Positions 28,348-38,454 of a stretch of 57,516 nucleotides of DNA are shown here, piece after piece (the first letter of the stretch is position 1; every line of letters starts with the position of its first letter). The position numbers and the translations under genes were made by a program. This stretch comes from Candidatus Bathyarchaeia archaeon (lineage in GTDB: Archaea > Halobacteriota > Bog-38 > Methanoflorentales > Methanoflorentaceae). Below the pieces are notes generated by a model. The model did not search any database, had not been told where the DNA came from, and saw only the letters and a program-made list of their open reading frames with translations. The stretch is taken from positions 1-57,516 of the forward strand of contig DASPOC010000113.1 in NCBI GenBank assembly GCA_035626195.1, written 5' to 3'.

Positions 28348-28851
28348 ATGAGCCTTTTCAAGCCGCGTTTGATCGCATTTGCGGCGCAAGCAAACATTTA
28401 TGAGCAAAGTTGTCCGAATCAGAGCCGCGTGAATCGTAACATCGCCCTTACCGTGGTTCTTGCCATCGTCTTGGTCCTCGCGATATGTGGAACGATACTG
28501 ATCGTGGTGCTCCCCCAGCCAGGCGAGCCGTTCACCGAGCTGTTCCTTCTGGGCCCCGGTGGGACGGCGAGCGACTACCCGACCAATCTGACCGCCGGCC
28601 AGACGGGCAACGTGACCGTTGGCGTCATCAATCACGAGAACGCGGACGCTAACTACACACTGGTGGTCAGACTCGACAACGCGACTGTCGCTACGCACGC
28701 ATTTAGCCTGGCGAACGATGAGCAGTGGGAACACTCCGTGTCGTTTACGCCGACGCACAGCGGCATGGGGCAAAAGCTGGAGTTCGCCTTATATAAGGGC
28801 AGCGACCCGAGCGTGTACCGCTCGGTGTACCTCTATCTCACCGTGACGTGA
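28348..28851 (+). CDS. DUF1616-like single-TM protein
   Basis: One TM segment (IALTVVLAIVLVLAICGTILIVVL), then PFTELFLLGPGGTASDYPTNLTAGQTGNVTVGVINHENADANYTLVV, which is the DUF1616 pattern as I recall it. It is shorter than typical family members. Confidence 0.65.
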   Translation: MSLFKPRLIAFAAQANIYEQSCPNQSRVNRNIALTVVLAIVLVLAICGTILIVVLPQPGEPFTELFLLGPGGTASDYPTNLTAGQTGNVTVGVINHENADANYTLVVRLDNATVATHAFSLANDEQWEHSVSFTPTHSGMGQKLEFALYKGSDPSVYRSVYLYLTVT

Positions 28852-28866
28852 GTTCGAGAAGCTCGC

Positions 28867-28872
28867 TTTTTT
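28867..28872 (+). terminator. Oligo-T tract, possible archaeal intrinsic terminator
   Basis: gctcgcTTTTTTgcg lies 16 nt after the stop of 28348..28851. Confidence 0.35.
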
Positions 28873-29068
28873 GCGTGCGCTCGCGTAGGCAGGCGTTGAT
28901 TGCTGATTTCGTTCCTAGCAGCTGTGATTCCGCTCTCAACCAGCGTGTAAGCGACACGTGGTAGATGGTTGTAGGTCCAACCAGCTCGCTGCAGCGCGCT
29001 CACACAGCGGTACGAGCCACAAACCCTGCAGCAAATTCATATAGGTGCACCGCAGTCATTGGTGATGA

Positions 29069-30055
<987 letters not shown>

Positions 30056-30118
30056 GGGTTTAGCGCTAACTCTTCTCTTAACGGCACGCGCGATCTCTGT
30101 TGAATACGTCGAAGCCCA

Positions 30119-31303
30119 ATGCGGCTCACCGATGGCCGAGCATCCAAAATGAGGGTGACGCTGATTAGAGGGCGGGGGATAGAGCCGAGCATCAACAAAA
30201 TAGCGAGAGCGCTGGCAACGCACGGCTATTCGGTCAAGCTGCTGATTTGGGATCGCGATGGCGTTGCCGAGTCGTACAATGCGGCGCTGTATCGCACGTA
30301 CAAGTGTAGGATCAGGGCTACATACGATCGACCGGCGGCGCTGCTGTATCTGCCGCTCTGGTGGGCATATGAGCTCGTGTTCCTTCTGCGAGACGACAGC
30401 GATGTCATACATGCGAGCGACTTAGACACGCTACTCCCAGCCATAATCGCCAAACTCATCAGGAAGCGAAAGCTCTGCTATTTCATCTACGACTTCTATG
30501 CAGATAATCTGCCCGACGGGGGATTTCAGAGACTGAGACAGCGCATTAGGCGTTTTGTCGCGCGCCTTGAACGCACAGGAATCGGCTTCGCTGACGTGCT
30601 TTTTTTGGTGGATGAGTCGCGCTTTGAAGAGGTCGACGGTGCACATATTAACAAGCTCTATTACGTGTGCAACTCTCCGATTGACTACCTGACGATGCCC
30701 CGCGCGATGGCGGCAGGAACCGCATCGAGGGTGTCGGCTGACGAGATGGTCATATTCTATGCGGGGGCGATGCACGGCTCTCGCGGACTCAACTACATGT
30801 TCGACGCGGTGAGCGGTGTCGAAGGCGTGCGGCTCAAAATGGCCGGGCCGATCACCGACAATGATCGGGTTCTCGACGAGATGGACCGTATCGGGAAAAA
30901 GGCGCAGTATCTAGGGTTCTTGCCCTCGTATGACGACGTCATTAGGGAGACGCTGAAGGCGGATCTTTTGTTCCGGTTTGAAGATCCTAGGGTTCCCAAG
31001 ACGAAGTATGCGAGCCCCGCTAAACTGTTTGAAGCGATGATGTGTGGTAAGCCAATCATTGTGAGCGACGGGAGTGCAATGGCGAACATCGTTCGAAAGG
31101 AGCGGTGCGGGGCGGTGGTGGCGTACGGCGACGTGCCCGCGCTCATTGACGCGCTGAAAACGTGCAGGGAGGACCCGCAGCTCCGAGCCGAGCTAGGCAA
31201 CAACGGGCGTAAGGCGTATGAAGAACGTTACAGCTGGGCGATTATGGAGGAACGTCTGCTTAGCGGCTACCGCTCTCTTGACCAGCTCGCGCGCGCAGTT
31301 TGA
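30119..31303 (+). CDS. GT4-family glycosyltransferase
   Basis: MRVTLIRGRGIEPSINKIARALATHGYSV (likely start at 30149), then ...KYASPAKLFEAMMCGKPIIVSDGSAMANIV. Confidence 0.85.
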   Translation: MRLTDGRASKMRVTLIRGRGIEPSINKIARALATHGYSVKLLIWDRDGVAESYNAALYRTYKCRIRATYDRPAALLYLPLWWAYELVFLLRDDSDVIHASDLDTLLPAIIAKLIRKRKLCYFIYDFYADNLPDGGFQRLRQRIRRFVARLERTGIGFADVLFLVDESRFEEVDGAHINKLYYVCNSPIDYLTMPRAMAAGTASRVSADEMVIFYAGAMHGSRGLNYMFDAVSGVEGVRLKMAGPITDNDRVLDEMDRIGKKAQYLGFLPSYDDVIRETLKADLLFRFEDPRVPKTKYASPAKLFEAMMCGKPIIVSDGSAMANIVRKERCGAVVAYGDVPALIDALKTCREDPQLRAELGNNGRKAYEERYSWAIMEERLLSGYRSLDQLARAV

Positions 31304-31975
31304 GGATTCTCGTGATTGTCGTAGACAGACTATCCACGTCGGCCTCTCGTAGCCGAAGAATGGGGCACAGGAGAGGTACGCCAATCTGGCGAGACAGCTC
31401 CTCGTCAGAGACAACAGCGTCATCTTGCTCCATGTCGCGGAGTTCGTCGATCCTCACGACGCGTCGCCCGCTACGATTTACTCGTAACGCGATCTCGAGT
31501 TTACTGGTCGGACTGCGCGTTTTTTGCCACCTAGCACCTCCACCACGCATGATCAACTCAAACGTCTTGTTTTTGGTGGGCGGCGCCGGCGCGCCGACAT
31601 TTGAGCGAGAGAATGTGCACTCCGTCGGCTTCACGGAGGACTTGCCGCGTTTTTTCGCGGTAGGGGATATCGGAACTTGCCTAAAGACGCTGGAAGCGAA
31701 ACGCGGCTAAAGCTCTTTCAATGCACGAATGGGGGGTTTCCATCGTAACCACTGAAAAAGGTATTGAGGGCATATCAGCACACAACGGGGAATACGGCCT
31801 CTTCCTCCGGCGGGTCGACGCGCGGTTGGTTGATGAAGTGGCGTACCTTCTTGAAAATGAATTCGAACGAGCACAGTTTGGTGCCAACGCACGAAAGCTG
31901 CTTGAAGCGAAGCACACGCTGGATACCAGCGGCGCGCTATTTTTCGCCGTACACCAGCGCGTACTGGAGGGCCTT
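31300..31975 (+). pseudogene. Decayed GT4 glycosyltransferase (multiple frameshifts, probably internally deleted)
   Basis: A TTG start overlaps the upstream stop (TTGA) and gives MRILVIVVDRL. GAQERYANLARQLLVRDNSVILLHV is in a second frame. VLFLVGGAGAPTFERENVHSVGFTEDLPRFFAVGD and HEWGVSIVTTEKGIEGISAHNGEYGLFLRRVDARLVDEVAYLLENEFERAQFGANARKLLE lie in two frames. Confidence 0.6.
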
Positions 31976-31977
31976 CC

Positions 31978-34332
31978 ATGGTTCTTAATCCTCTCGTGAT
32001 GAACGATTGGCCGCGCAAACGGACGCTCACAACGGTCCTCGGCCTGCAGTTTCTTGTCTGGGCCCTTATCGGACTCGACGCGGCAGGGGTGCAGATACTG
32101 CTTTTGCGGGCCCTGTTTGCCTTTGCGTACCTCTTGTTCGTTCCCGGTATGCTCGTCCTTCGGGCCCTCCGCCTACACAAGCTCGGCGGCGTGCGCACGC
32201 CGCTCTTCGCTGTTGGCCTGAGCCTCGCGGCAGTCATGGCGATAGGACTTCTTATGACAATGTTGTATCCGGTGTTTGGGTTCGAGCGGCCGCTCGCGCT
32301 TGTCCCGGTCGTGATGACGGAAGGCGTCATCATCACCTTCCTGGCCGTACTGAGCTATTGGCGCGATCCGGGTCCAACTGATGGCGGTACCATCGATCGA
32401 CGTGACGTACTATCGCCGCCGGTGTTAGCGCTTTGTGTGCTCCCCTTTGTGAGCATATTTGCAACGTACGCGATGAACGCGTACGGTAGCAACCTGCTCC
32501 TGCTCGCGCTCATCATCATAATCGCGATCACGGCGCTTTGGATCAGCACATCGGCATCCGTTCCAAAGGAGCTTTATCCGCTCGCGGTATTCGTCATCGC
32601 ACTCGCTCTCCTGTATCACGCATCGCTGATATCGCCTTACGTCTGGGGGTGGGACATCCAGAAGGAGCTCTATAGCGCTAACGCTGTCCTTACCAACGCG
32701 CAGTGGAGTGTGCACGCGCCTGGCGCAACCAATGCTGTGCTGAGCGTTACCCTGCTCGCTCCGATTACATCAATTGTGTCAGGCGTGAGTGTGGTGTGGA
32801 TCTTCAAAACGATCTATCCCCTATTGTTCGCTCTCGTCCCCGTCGGCCTGTTCGTCGTTTTTCAAAAACAGACGAGCGACAGAATTGCCTTCTTAGCCTC
32901 CCTCTTTGTCACCTTTTTGTTCACGTTCTTCACCGAAATGCCGTCACTCGCGCGACAGGAAATCGCTGAGCTTTTTCTTGTGCTGCTCCTAATGTTGCTG
33001 GTCGACAAACGCGTCGGCTCCGAGGCAGGGAAACCGCTCCTCTATACGATCTGCGCCATATTTGCGGCATCCGTTGTTGTGTCGCACTATGCACTCGCGC
33101 TCATCTTTATCACATATCTCGTCGTCGCGTGGCTCATGCTCTTCCTCGTCGACAACCCCGCCATGCGCCGCCTGCAAAGGGCCGCCTCGTCTGGGCCGTC
33201 AGCAAAGCCTTCCTCTCGCCCGAAAAGGATGCTGACGCTGCCCTTCATCGTGTCGTTCGCCGCCTTCACGGCCGCATGGTACGTGACTCTCGGGTCCGCG
33301 GCGCTGAGCGGTGACATCGCCCCTATATTCGCCCAGATTGGCCGCACGCTTTTCACGCCTTCTAACGTCGCCCTCGCCCTCGGGATCGGCGCTGCGGTGT
33401 ACGCCTGCGCCCTTGTGATCGTCTACGTGCTCGCCAAAAGAGCCCAGCGGAAGCCGTCGACGCTGCTGTTCGGGGTGCCGGTCGTCTCTCTCTCGGCATC
33501 ACTTGCGCTGGCGCGCTATTACGGGGTTTCGGCAAATCAACTGCTCCAGGCCGCGACGCTCTCGCCGCTCCACGAGGTGGCGGAACTCCTCTACTTACTC
33601 GGCTTCATTCTCATCATTTTGGGCCTCGCTGCGCTTGCGCTCCGCCGTTGCCGTTTCACGTTTGATCAAGAGTTTGCTGCGCTCGCGCTCGCGAGCTTTG
33701 TCATATTAATGACAGCCGCCGCCATACCGCTTTTGGCCCTCACCGTCAATACTACGAGGCTCTATCAGATCTCAACGCTCTTACTGGCCCCCTTTTGCGT
33801 TACCGGAGCGCTGCTGATTGGGTGGGTTCCTGGGCTCCTGCCCGCGAGACAGCGTGAAAAGACAGGCGTGAGCCTCGCTTACAAGCTCGTCGCAGTGCTC
33901 TTTGTCGTAATGTTGCTGTTTGGCACTGGACTCGTTTATGAGGTCACGCGGCAGGATCCGACCTCATTCTTCTTAAATGATGCCATCGATGCTCCCCGTT
34001 TCAACGCGAGAGAGGTGGCTGGGGCTCAGTGGCTCTACGCGGTGAAAGCATCCGCGCGGCCCGTGTATGCCGACCTGTATCGCGGCCTTCTCTGGACCAG
34101 TCTTGATTCTAATCATTCGCTCGTACGCCTCCCCAGTCACGCGCCGCACACGCCACTCGCGGGGTATGTCTATCTGGGGACTTTCAATTTGCTCACGGGG
34201 ACGAGCGCGCAGCAGGTAAATGCACGGTCACTCCTGAGCGGCACACAGACAAGCCACTCGAGTTTGGTCGGTATCGCGGACGGCCGCAATCGTGTTTTTG
34301 ACGACGGGGGCGCCGTCGTATTTTACCACTAG
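31978..34332 (+). CDS. DUF2206-type polytopic membrane protein (paralogue of 25887..28190)
   Basis: 784 aa with the same motif set: LLFVPGMLVLRALRLHKL, WGWDIQKE, ARQEIAELF and SHYAL. Confidence 0.8.
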   Translation: MVLNPLVMNDWPRKRTLTTVLGLQFLVWALIGLDAAGVQILLLRALFAFAYLLFVPGMLVLRALRLHKLGGVRTPLFAVGLSLAAVMAIGLLMTMLYPVFGFERPLALVPVVMTEGVIITFLAVLSYWRDPGPTDGGTIDRRDVLSPPVLALCVLPFVSIFATYAMNAYGSNLLLLALIIIIAITALWISTSASVPKELYPLAVFVIALALLYHASLISPYVWGWDIQKELYSANAVLTNAQWSVHAPGATNAVLSVTLLAPITSIVSGVSVVWIFKTIYPLLFALVPVGLFVVFQKQTSDRIAFLASLFVTFLFTFFTEMPSLARQEIAELFLVLLLMLLVDKRVGSEAGKPLLYTICAIFAASVVVSHYALALIFITYLVVAWLMLFLVDNPAMRRLQRAASSGPSAKPSSRPKRMLTLPFIVSFAAFTAAWYVTLGSAALSGDIAPIFAQIGRTLFTPSNVALALGIGAAVYACALVIVYVLAKRAQRKPSTLLFGVPVVSLSASLALARYYGVSANQLLQAATLSPLHEVAELLYLLGFILIILGLAALALRRCRFTFDQEFAALALASFVILMTAAAIPLLALTVNTTRLYQISTLLLAPFCVTGALLIGWVPGLLPARQREKTGVSLAYKLVAVLFVVMLLFGTGLVYEVTRQDPTSFFLNDAIDAPRFNAREVAGAQWLYAVKASARPVYADLYRGLLWTSLDSNHSLVRLPSHAPHTPLAGYVYLGTFNLLTGTSAQQVNARSLLSGTQTSHSSLVGIADGRNRVFDDGGAVVFYH

Positions 34333-34466
34333 CGAAGGTCACGCGCTCGCTCCTGGTGTCCTTCCCGGGGCTACGGATGTCGCGGCACCCCGCTGAAGTC
34401 GGCGCCAGTAGCGATCCGAAGAACGCGCTGCTGCCCGTTCGAGCAACGTAGAGGCAATGTTAGCGT

Positions 34467-34655
34467 CTCGCGCGGTGTTGGAGCAACAGGCGCACCGAGG
34501 ATGAGGCTGGGTTCTTTTTTTGCGCAAACGGCAACCAGAGCAGCGTCAGTAATGGTATCTATCTATAACGAAGCGCACCCAAAGAAAATGGGAGAGTGTG
34601 CGCGTCTGCGCGTCGCAAGAACTACAGCGATGCCTTTAAAACCGACTTCGGCGGC
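34467..34655 (+). repeat. Copy A of a ~190-nt duplicated intergenic module (T-run, TATA-like box, conserved leader, first ~25 nt of a GT2 CDS)
   Basis: Aligns by eye with 37206..37399. The 31-nt core at 34572-34602 is identical to 37314-37344. T7 run at 34515-34521. A relic ATG at 34630 opens only a 33-codon ORF (MPLKPTSAAA...). Confidence 0.85.
34561..34568 (+). promoter_or_regulatory. TATA-like box (atctataa) in duplicated module copy A
   Basis: Positional homologue of atttataa at 37303-37310. Confidence 0.35.
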
Positions 34656-35247
34656 GGCGCTAATAATCAACATAAAGGTCGCCAAAAGTCCTGGTGCGGT
34701 CACTAAGTGGGACCCACTTTTGGCGAACTAGTCGACGATTACGAGGGGTGTACGCAAACCTTGTAGACGCAAGCGAGTGGGCTAAACGTACAGTCTGCTA
34801 CAAATAACCGAAAACATCTGCGCATGCCGCGTTTCGCTATCAGCTAAGACATTCGAAGCACGATAATCCTCTTTTTGGGTTGTATAGACAAGTCGAAACG
34901 GATAAAGCTTCCCATCGCTCTTTCGCTTTCTTAAAAACGCTCTGATCCGTCATTGGTGCTCGAGGACCAGCACGAGGCGATGAAGAGATCCAATGTGGCT
35001 ATTTAACAGATTTATCTAAAACTATGAAGGCGACTGGAAAATGCCCCGCGTAACGCGCGAATGGTAAGGGCTGGCAAGCGAAACGTCAGACTCACGGTTG
35101 CATTGAAGGTGGAACAGCTTTATAGTCGATGCGTGTCGAAATAGGTTGTGTAGGGCGAGCTACCCTTGCTGCTCCACTCGGTGACGAGAATGAGTCCTTA
35201 CACAGGCGCATCCTGCGGCCAATACGCGACTGTGACTAGAGTCTGCA

Positions 35248-36477
35248 ATGAACATCCTAATGATATGGGAAGAGCGTCCATCACCGTACAGCGGAACGGC
35301 CCTACCGGCATTCAACGTCTTAAAGCACTTAAGCAGAAGTCACACTATTCGGCTTTTGTATCTCAACAATGATCTCGCCGCGCCGAGATCCTATCCGGAA
35401 CTGGAACGGTACTGTTCACAAATCGATTCAGTGTCCTGGCATCCTCAATCGCACAGTAATAAACTTCTTTCTGTTGCTCGCGACAGCTGTGCCCCGCGAA
35501 AACTCTTTTCGGACTATCGGTGTTTCTTGACGACCGCGTACTTGCCAGCGATGGCATCATTGATACAAGACGTTCGTCACGACAAGTACGACATCGTTTA
35601 TGCGAGCGAACCGGTCGCGTTCTACGCGTGGCGATTTAGCACCCCAAAAGTGATGCACGCATTCGATTGCAGGTCTGCCGAGTTCTACCGAGAGTACCTG
35701 AGAGCGCGCAGGTCTATGGACAAGCTTTATTGGTTCTGCACGTATCTCGCTACTAGATCGGCGGAGAAAAAGCTCCTTACTGCGTTTGATGCAACCATTG
35801 TCGTCAACGACAGGGAATATCACGCAATGAAAATGCTGTGCCCCGAAGCAAAGTGCGCAGCCGTTCCTAATGGGGTCGATACGGACTTCTTCAAGCCGCT
35901 GGGGATAAGCGAAGAATGGCCCTCATTGGTCTTCGTCGGCTACATGTCCAGTCTTCCAAACATCGATGCGATAAAGTATTTTCATTCTCAGGTTTACGAC
36001 ACGCTCAAGCGGCGATTTCCAAACCTGAAGCTATTCGTGGTCGGTCAAAATCCGCCTCCTGCCATTCGCGCCCTCGCCAAGGACCCGTCAATTTGCGTGA
36101 CGGGATTCGTGGAGGACGTGCGTCCGTATGTTGCCCGTGCTTCAGTTGCAATCGCTCCTTTCGTATCGGGAATGGGAATAAAAAACAAGGTCTTGGAGGC
36201 GATGGCTATGGGAAAGCCTGTGGTCACTACCTCAATCGGTGTACGAGGGATTAACGCTACACCCGACGCCCAACTTTGTATCGCGGACAGTCCTGTCGAA
36301 TTTGCCGATCAGGTGGAAGGACTGTTGCTCGACAAGGCCAAACAGCAACGAATCGGGCGCCAGGCGCGCGAATTTGTGAAGAAGTACCATTCTTGGGCAC
36401 GCGTAACCGACAAAATAGATGCAATCTTTCACGAAGTGCAAATAGGTGACGTTTGCTGTGCAACCCGTTACTTTTAA
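35248..36477 (+). CDS. GT4-family glycosyltransferase (N-terminus resembles the exosortase-associated EpsH1-type sugar transferase subfamily)
   Basis: MNILMIWEERPSPYSGTALPAFNVLKHLSRSHTIRLLYL...VAIAPFVSGMGIKNKVLEAMAMGKPVVTTSIGVRGI. The subfamily call is from memory only. Confidence 0.85.
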   Translation: MNILMIWEERPSPYSGTALPAFNVLKHLSRSHTIRLLYLNNDLAAPRSYPELERYCSQIDSVSWHPQSHSNKLLSVARDSCAPRKLFSDYRCFLTTAYLPAMASLIQDVRHDKYDIVYASEPVAFYAWRFSTPKVMHAFDCRSAEFYREYLRARRSMDKLYWFCTYLATRSAEKKLLTAFDATIVVNDREYHAMKMLCPEAKCAAVPNGVDTDFFKPLGISEEWPSLVFVGYMSSLPNIDAIKYFHSQVYDTLKRRFPNLKLFVVGQNPPPAIRALAKDPSICVTGFVEDVRPYVARASVAIAPFVSGMGIKNKVLEAMAMGKPVVTTSIGVRGINATPDAQLCIADSPVEFADQVEGLLLDKAKQQRIGRQAREFVKKYHSWARVTDKIDAIFHEVQIGDVCCATRYF

Positions 36478-36700
36478 TGATTGGGAACTAAAAAAACAAT
36501 ATTTGTCCCCGCGGTTCTTCAGGTGTGTTTCTGGGGAGTGCTGGCCTTGAATTCTTCGGGCCGCCCTTTTCATCCAGCATTCGACTGAGTGCATTTTTTC
36601 TGCTTTTTATTGCGGGCATTCTCCGCAGCCATATGTCGAAAAAACTACTTTACGGTCTGTTGCGTGCCTAGTCAGAGATTTGCTTCAGGGAGGTGAAAAA

Positions 36701-36946
36701 ATGGCGCGCCAACACAACCAACGAACCGCAAACACAGCAACCGATGCAGCAACCGATGCAGAGAAGTCAGATGGAGGGAGAAGTCTACACATTAGATATT
36801 TGCAAGAAATATACGTGCACACTATGGGATCGGATCAGAGCCCGTTGACTGAATACACTTTCAGTCCGAAAGAGTTGAGCGCGATTGCGCGTCCTGAAGA
36901 TCCACAGCCTCGGTCTTTAGTTAACCTCCATACGCCGTCGGCTTGA
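36701..36946 (+). CDS. Small hypothetical protein (81 aa)
   Basis: ATG at 36701 is preceded by a strong Shine-Dalgarno-like ggaggtga (36688-36695). I recognise no homology. Contains a 2 x 12-nt repeat gcaaccgatgca. Confidence 0.4.
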   Translation: MARQHNQRTANTATDAATDAEKSDGGRSLHIRYLQEIYVHTMGSDQSPLTEYTFSPKELSAIARPEDPQPRSLVNLHTPSA

Positions 36947-37205
36947 GTATCGCAACGCTGACTTTAGCCGATTTTTAATTAATAAGGCGTATGCACACCT
37001 CCGTTTCACGCGACCGATAGCTTCCCTATTTTATTGATAACGCGTAGCGCCGAAGTGGATATCCGGTGTTTAGCAGCTATCGTCAGAGACCAGGACCTTT
37101 TCAGGCGCTGACTCGCTTGAATTTCGAGCGGTTGCATCGCTACTCCCCTCGCTCTGTGCCCGATCCCATTTGTTGGCATCTTTGAGACCTACGCGATGAA
37201 CGGCA

Positions 37206-37399
37206 CTCTGCGCGGTGCGAAGCAACAGGCGCGCCGAGGATCAGCTGGGGTCTTTTTTTGTTGCGTAATGGCAGGAAGAGAGCAGAGTCAGGTCATGTAT
37301 CTATTTATAACAGAGCGCACCCAAAGAAAATGGGAGAGTGTGCGGCCTTGTACGTCGCATGAACCACAACGATGCCCTTTCAAAACGAATTCGACGGCG
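37206..37399 (+). repeat. Copy B of the duplicated module, here functional as the 5' region of GT2 gene 37372..38343
   Basis: See copy A. T7 run at 37253-37259, TATA-like box at 37303-37310, core at 37314-37344, ATG at 37372. Confidence 0.85.
37303..37310 (+). promoter_or_regulatory. TATA-like box (atttataa) upstream of the GT2 gene
   Basis: Lies 62-69 nt upstream of ATG 37372, implying a ~40-nt leader if transcription starts ~25 nt downstream of the box. Confidence 0.45.
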
Positions 37400-38343
37400 C
37401 GACACAGCCTGCTAATCGTGCGACCGGCGCTGCTATGCGGGCGACCAACGCACACGGCAGCATGGTGGCGATCCCCGCATACAATGAAGAGCTTACCATA
37501 GGCAGCGTTGTCGCCCGAGCACGGCGCCACGCTGACCGAGTCGTTGTCGTCGACGACGGCTCTGATGATGCTACTGCGTACGTTGCTGAGCTGGTCGGCG
37601 CCGAGGTCTTCCGGCACCTCACGAACGAGGGGTACGGCAGTGCCATACGCGATTGTTTTGAGATAGCACGAGACTGCGACGTCGACGTGCTCGTAACGCT
37701 CGACGGGGACGGACAACACAATCCCGATGACATCCCGCAGCTTATCGACGAGATGAGAGAAAGCGGCGCCGATGTCGTGATTGGCTCACGCTTTGCGCGC
37801 GGGGTGAAAAACCGGACGATTCCTCGCTACCGGAAACTTGGGATGAAGATACTGGATCGCGCAACAATGCTGAGCTCAGGGCTCAGGTTGACCGATTCGC
37901 AAAGCGGGTTTCGCGCATACTCGCGGAAGGCGCTTCACGCGATCGACGTGAATCAGAATGGTATGGGTGTGAGCTCTGAGATCATCATCAGGGCCGCCGA
38001 TAGCAAGCTCAAAATCAGAGAAGCGGGAATTGTGACCCGTTATGACGGTATTCGCGATTCGAGCAAGGGCCCCGTGCGTCACGGACTCGATGTCATCAAC
38101 TCGATCGTTCGCGTGGTCGCGCAAAAACACCCGATCTTATTCTTCGGCGTTCCGGGGCTTTTCTTTTTAGGGGCGGGGGTAATCCTGTTTCTTCATGCGC
38201 TTGACGTGTTCAATCGCACCAACAACTTGATCACTATCTATATGCTGGGGTGGCTCTTCTGTGCCGCCGTGGGTCTTTATGGGCTGCTTGCAGCACTCTT
38301 GCTGTGGTCCGTCCAGGATATCAACGCGCGGGCCACAAGGTAG
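37372..38343 (+). CDS. GT2 polyprenyl(dolichyl)-phosphate hexose synthase-like glycosyltransferase (paralogue of 20108..21079)
   Basis: VAIPAYNEE...VVVVDDGSDDATA...DGDGQHNPDDIPQLI...TDSQSGFRAY, followed by two C-terminal TM helices. Confidence 0.85.
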   Translation: MPFQNEFDGATQPANRATGAAMRATNAHGSMVAIPAYNEELTIGSVVARARRHADRVVVVDDGSDDATAYVAELVGAEVFRHLTNEGYGSAIRDCFEIARDCDVDVLVTLDGDGQHNPDDIPQLIDEMRESGADVVIGSRFARGVKNRTIPRYRKLGMKILDRATMLSSGLRLTDSQSGFRAYSRKALHAIDVNQNGMGVSSEIIIRAADSKLKIREAGIVTRYDGIRDSSKGPVRHGLDVINSIVRVVAQKHPILFFGVPGLFFLGAGVILFLHALDVFNRTNNLITIYMLGWLFCAAVGLYGLLAALLLWSVQDINARATR

Positions 38344-38454
38344 CCCGCTTAATGCGCTGGCTGGGGGAAAAACGTCATATGCGGCTGCGCTCAAGGCTCA
38401 TAGTGAGACGTCGCCGGCAGAACGTGGCTGATTTCCTTTGTAGCGTGTCGTGAA

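Noticed and set aside
34501-34731. Listed 76-aa ORF spanning duplicated module copy A, and the 101-aa ORF 37196..37501 spanning copy B
   Set aside because: The two copies are read in different frames by these ORFs, yet the nucleotide sequence is conserved, so the conservation is not protein-coding. Both ORFs cross a T-run and a TATA-like box.
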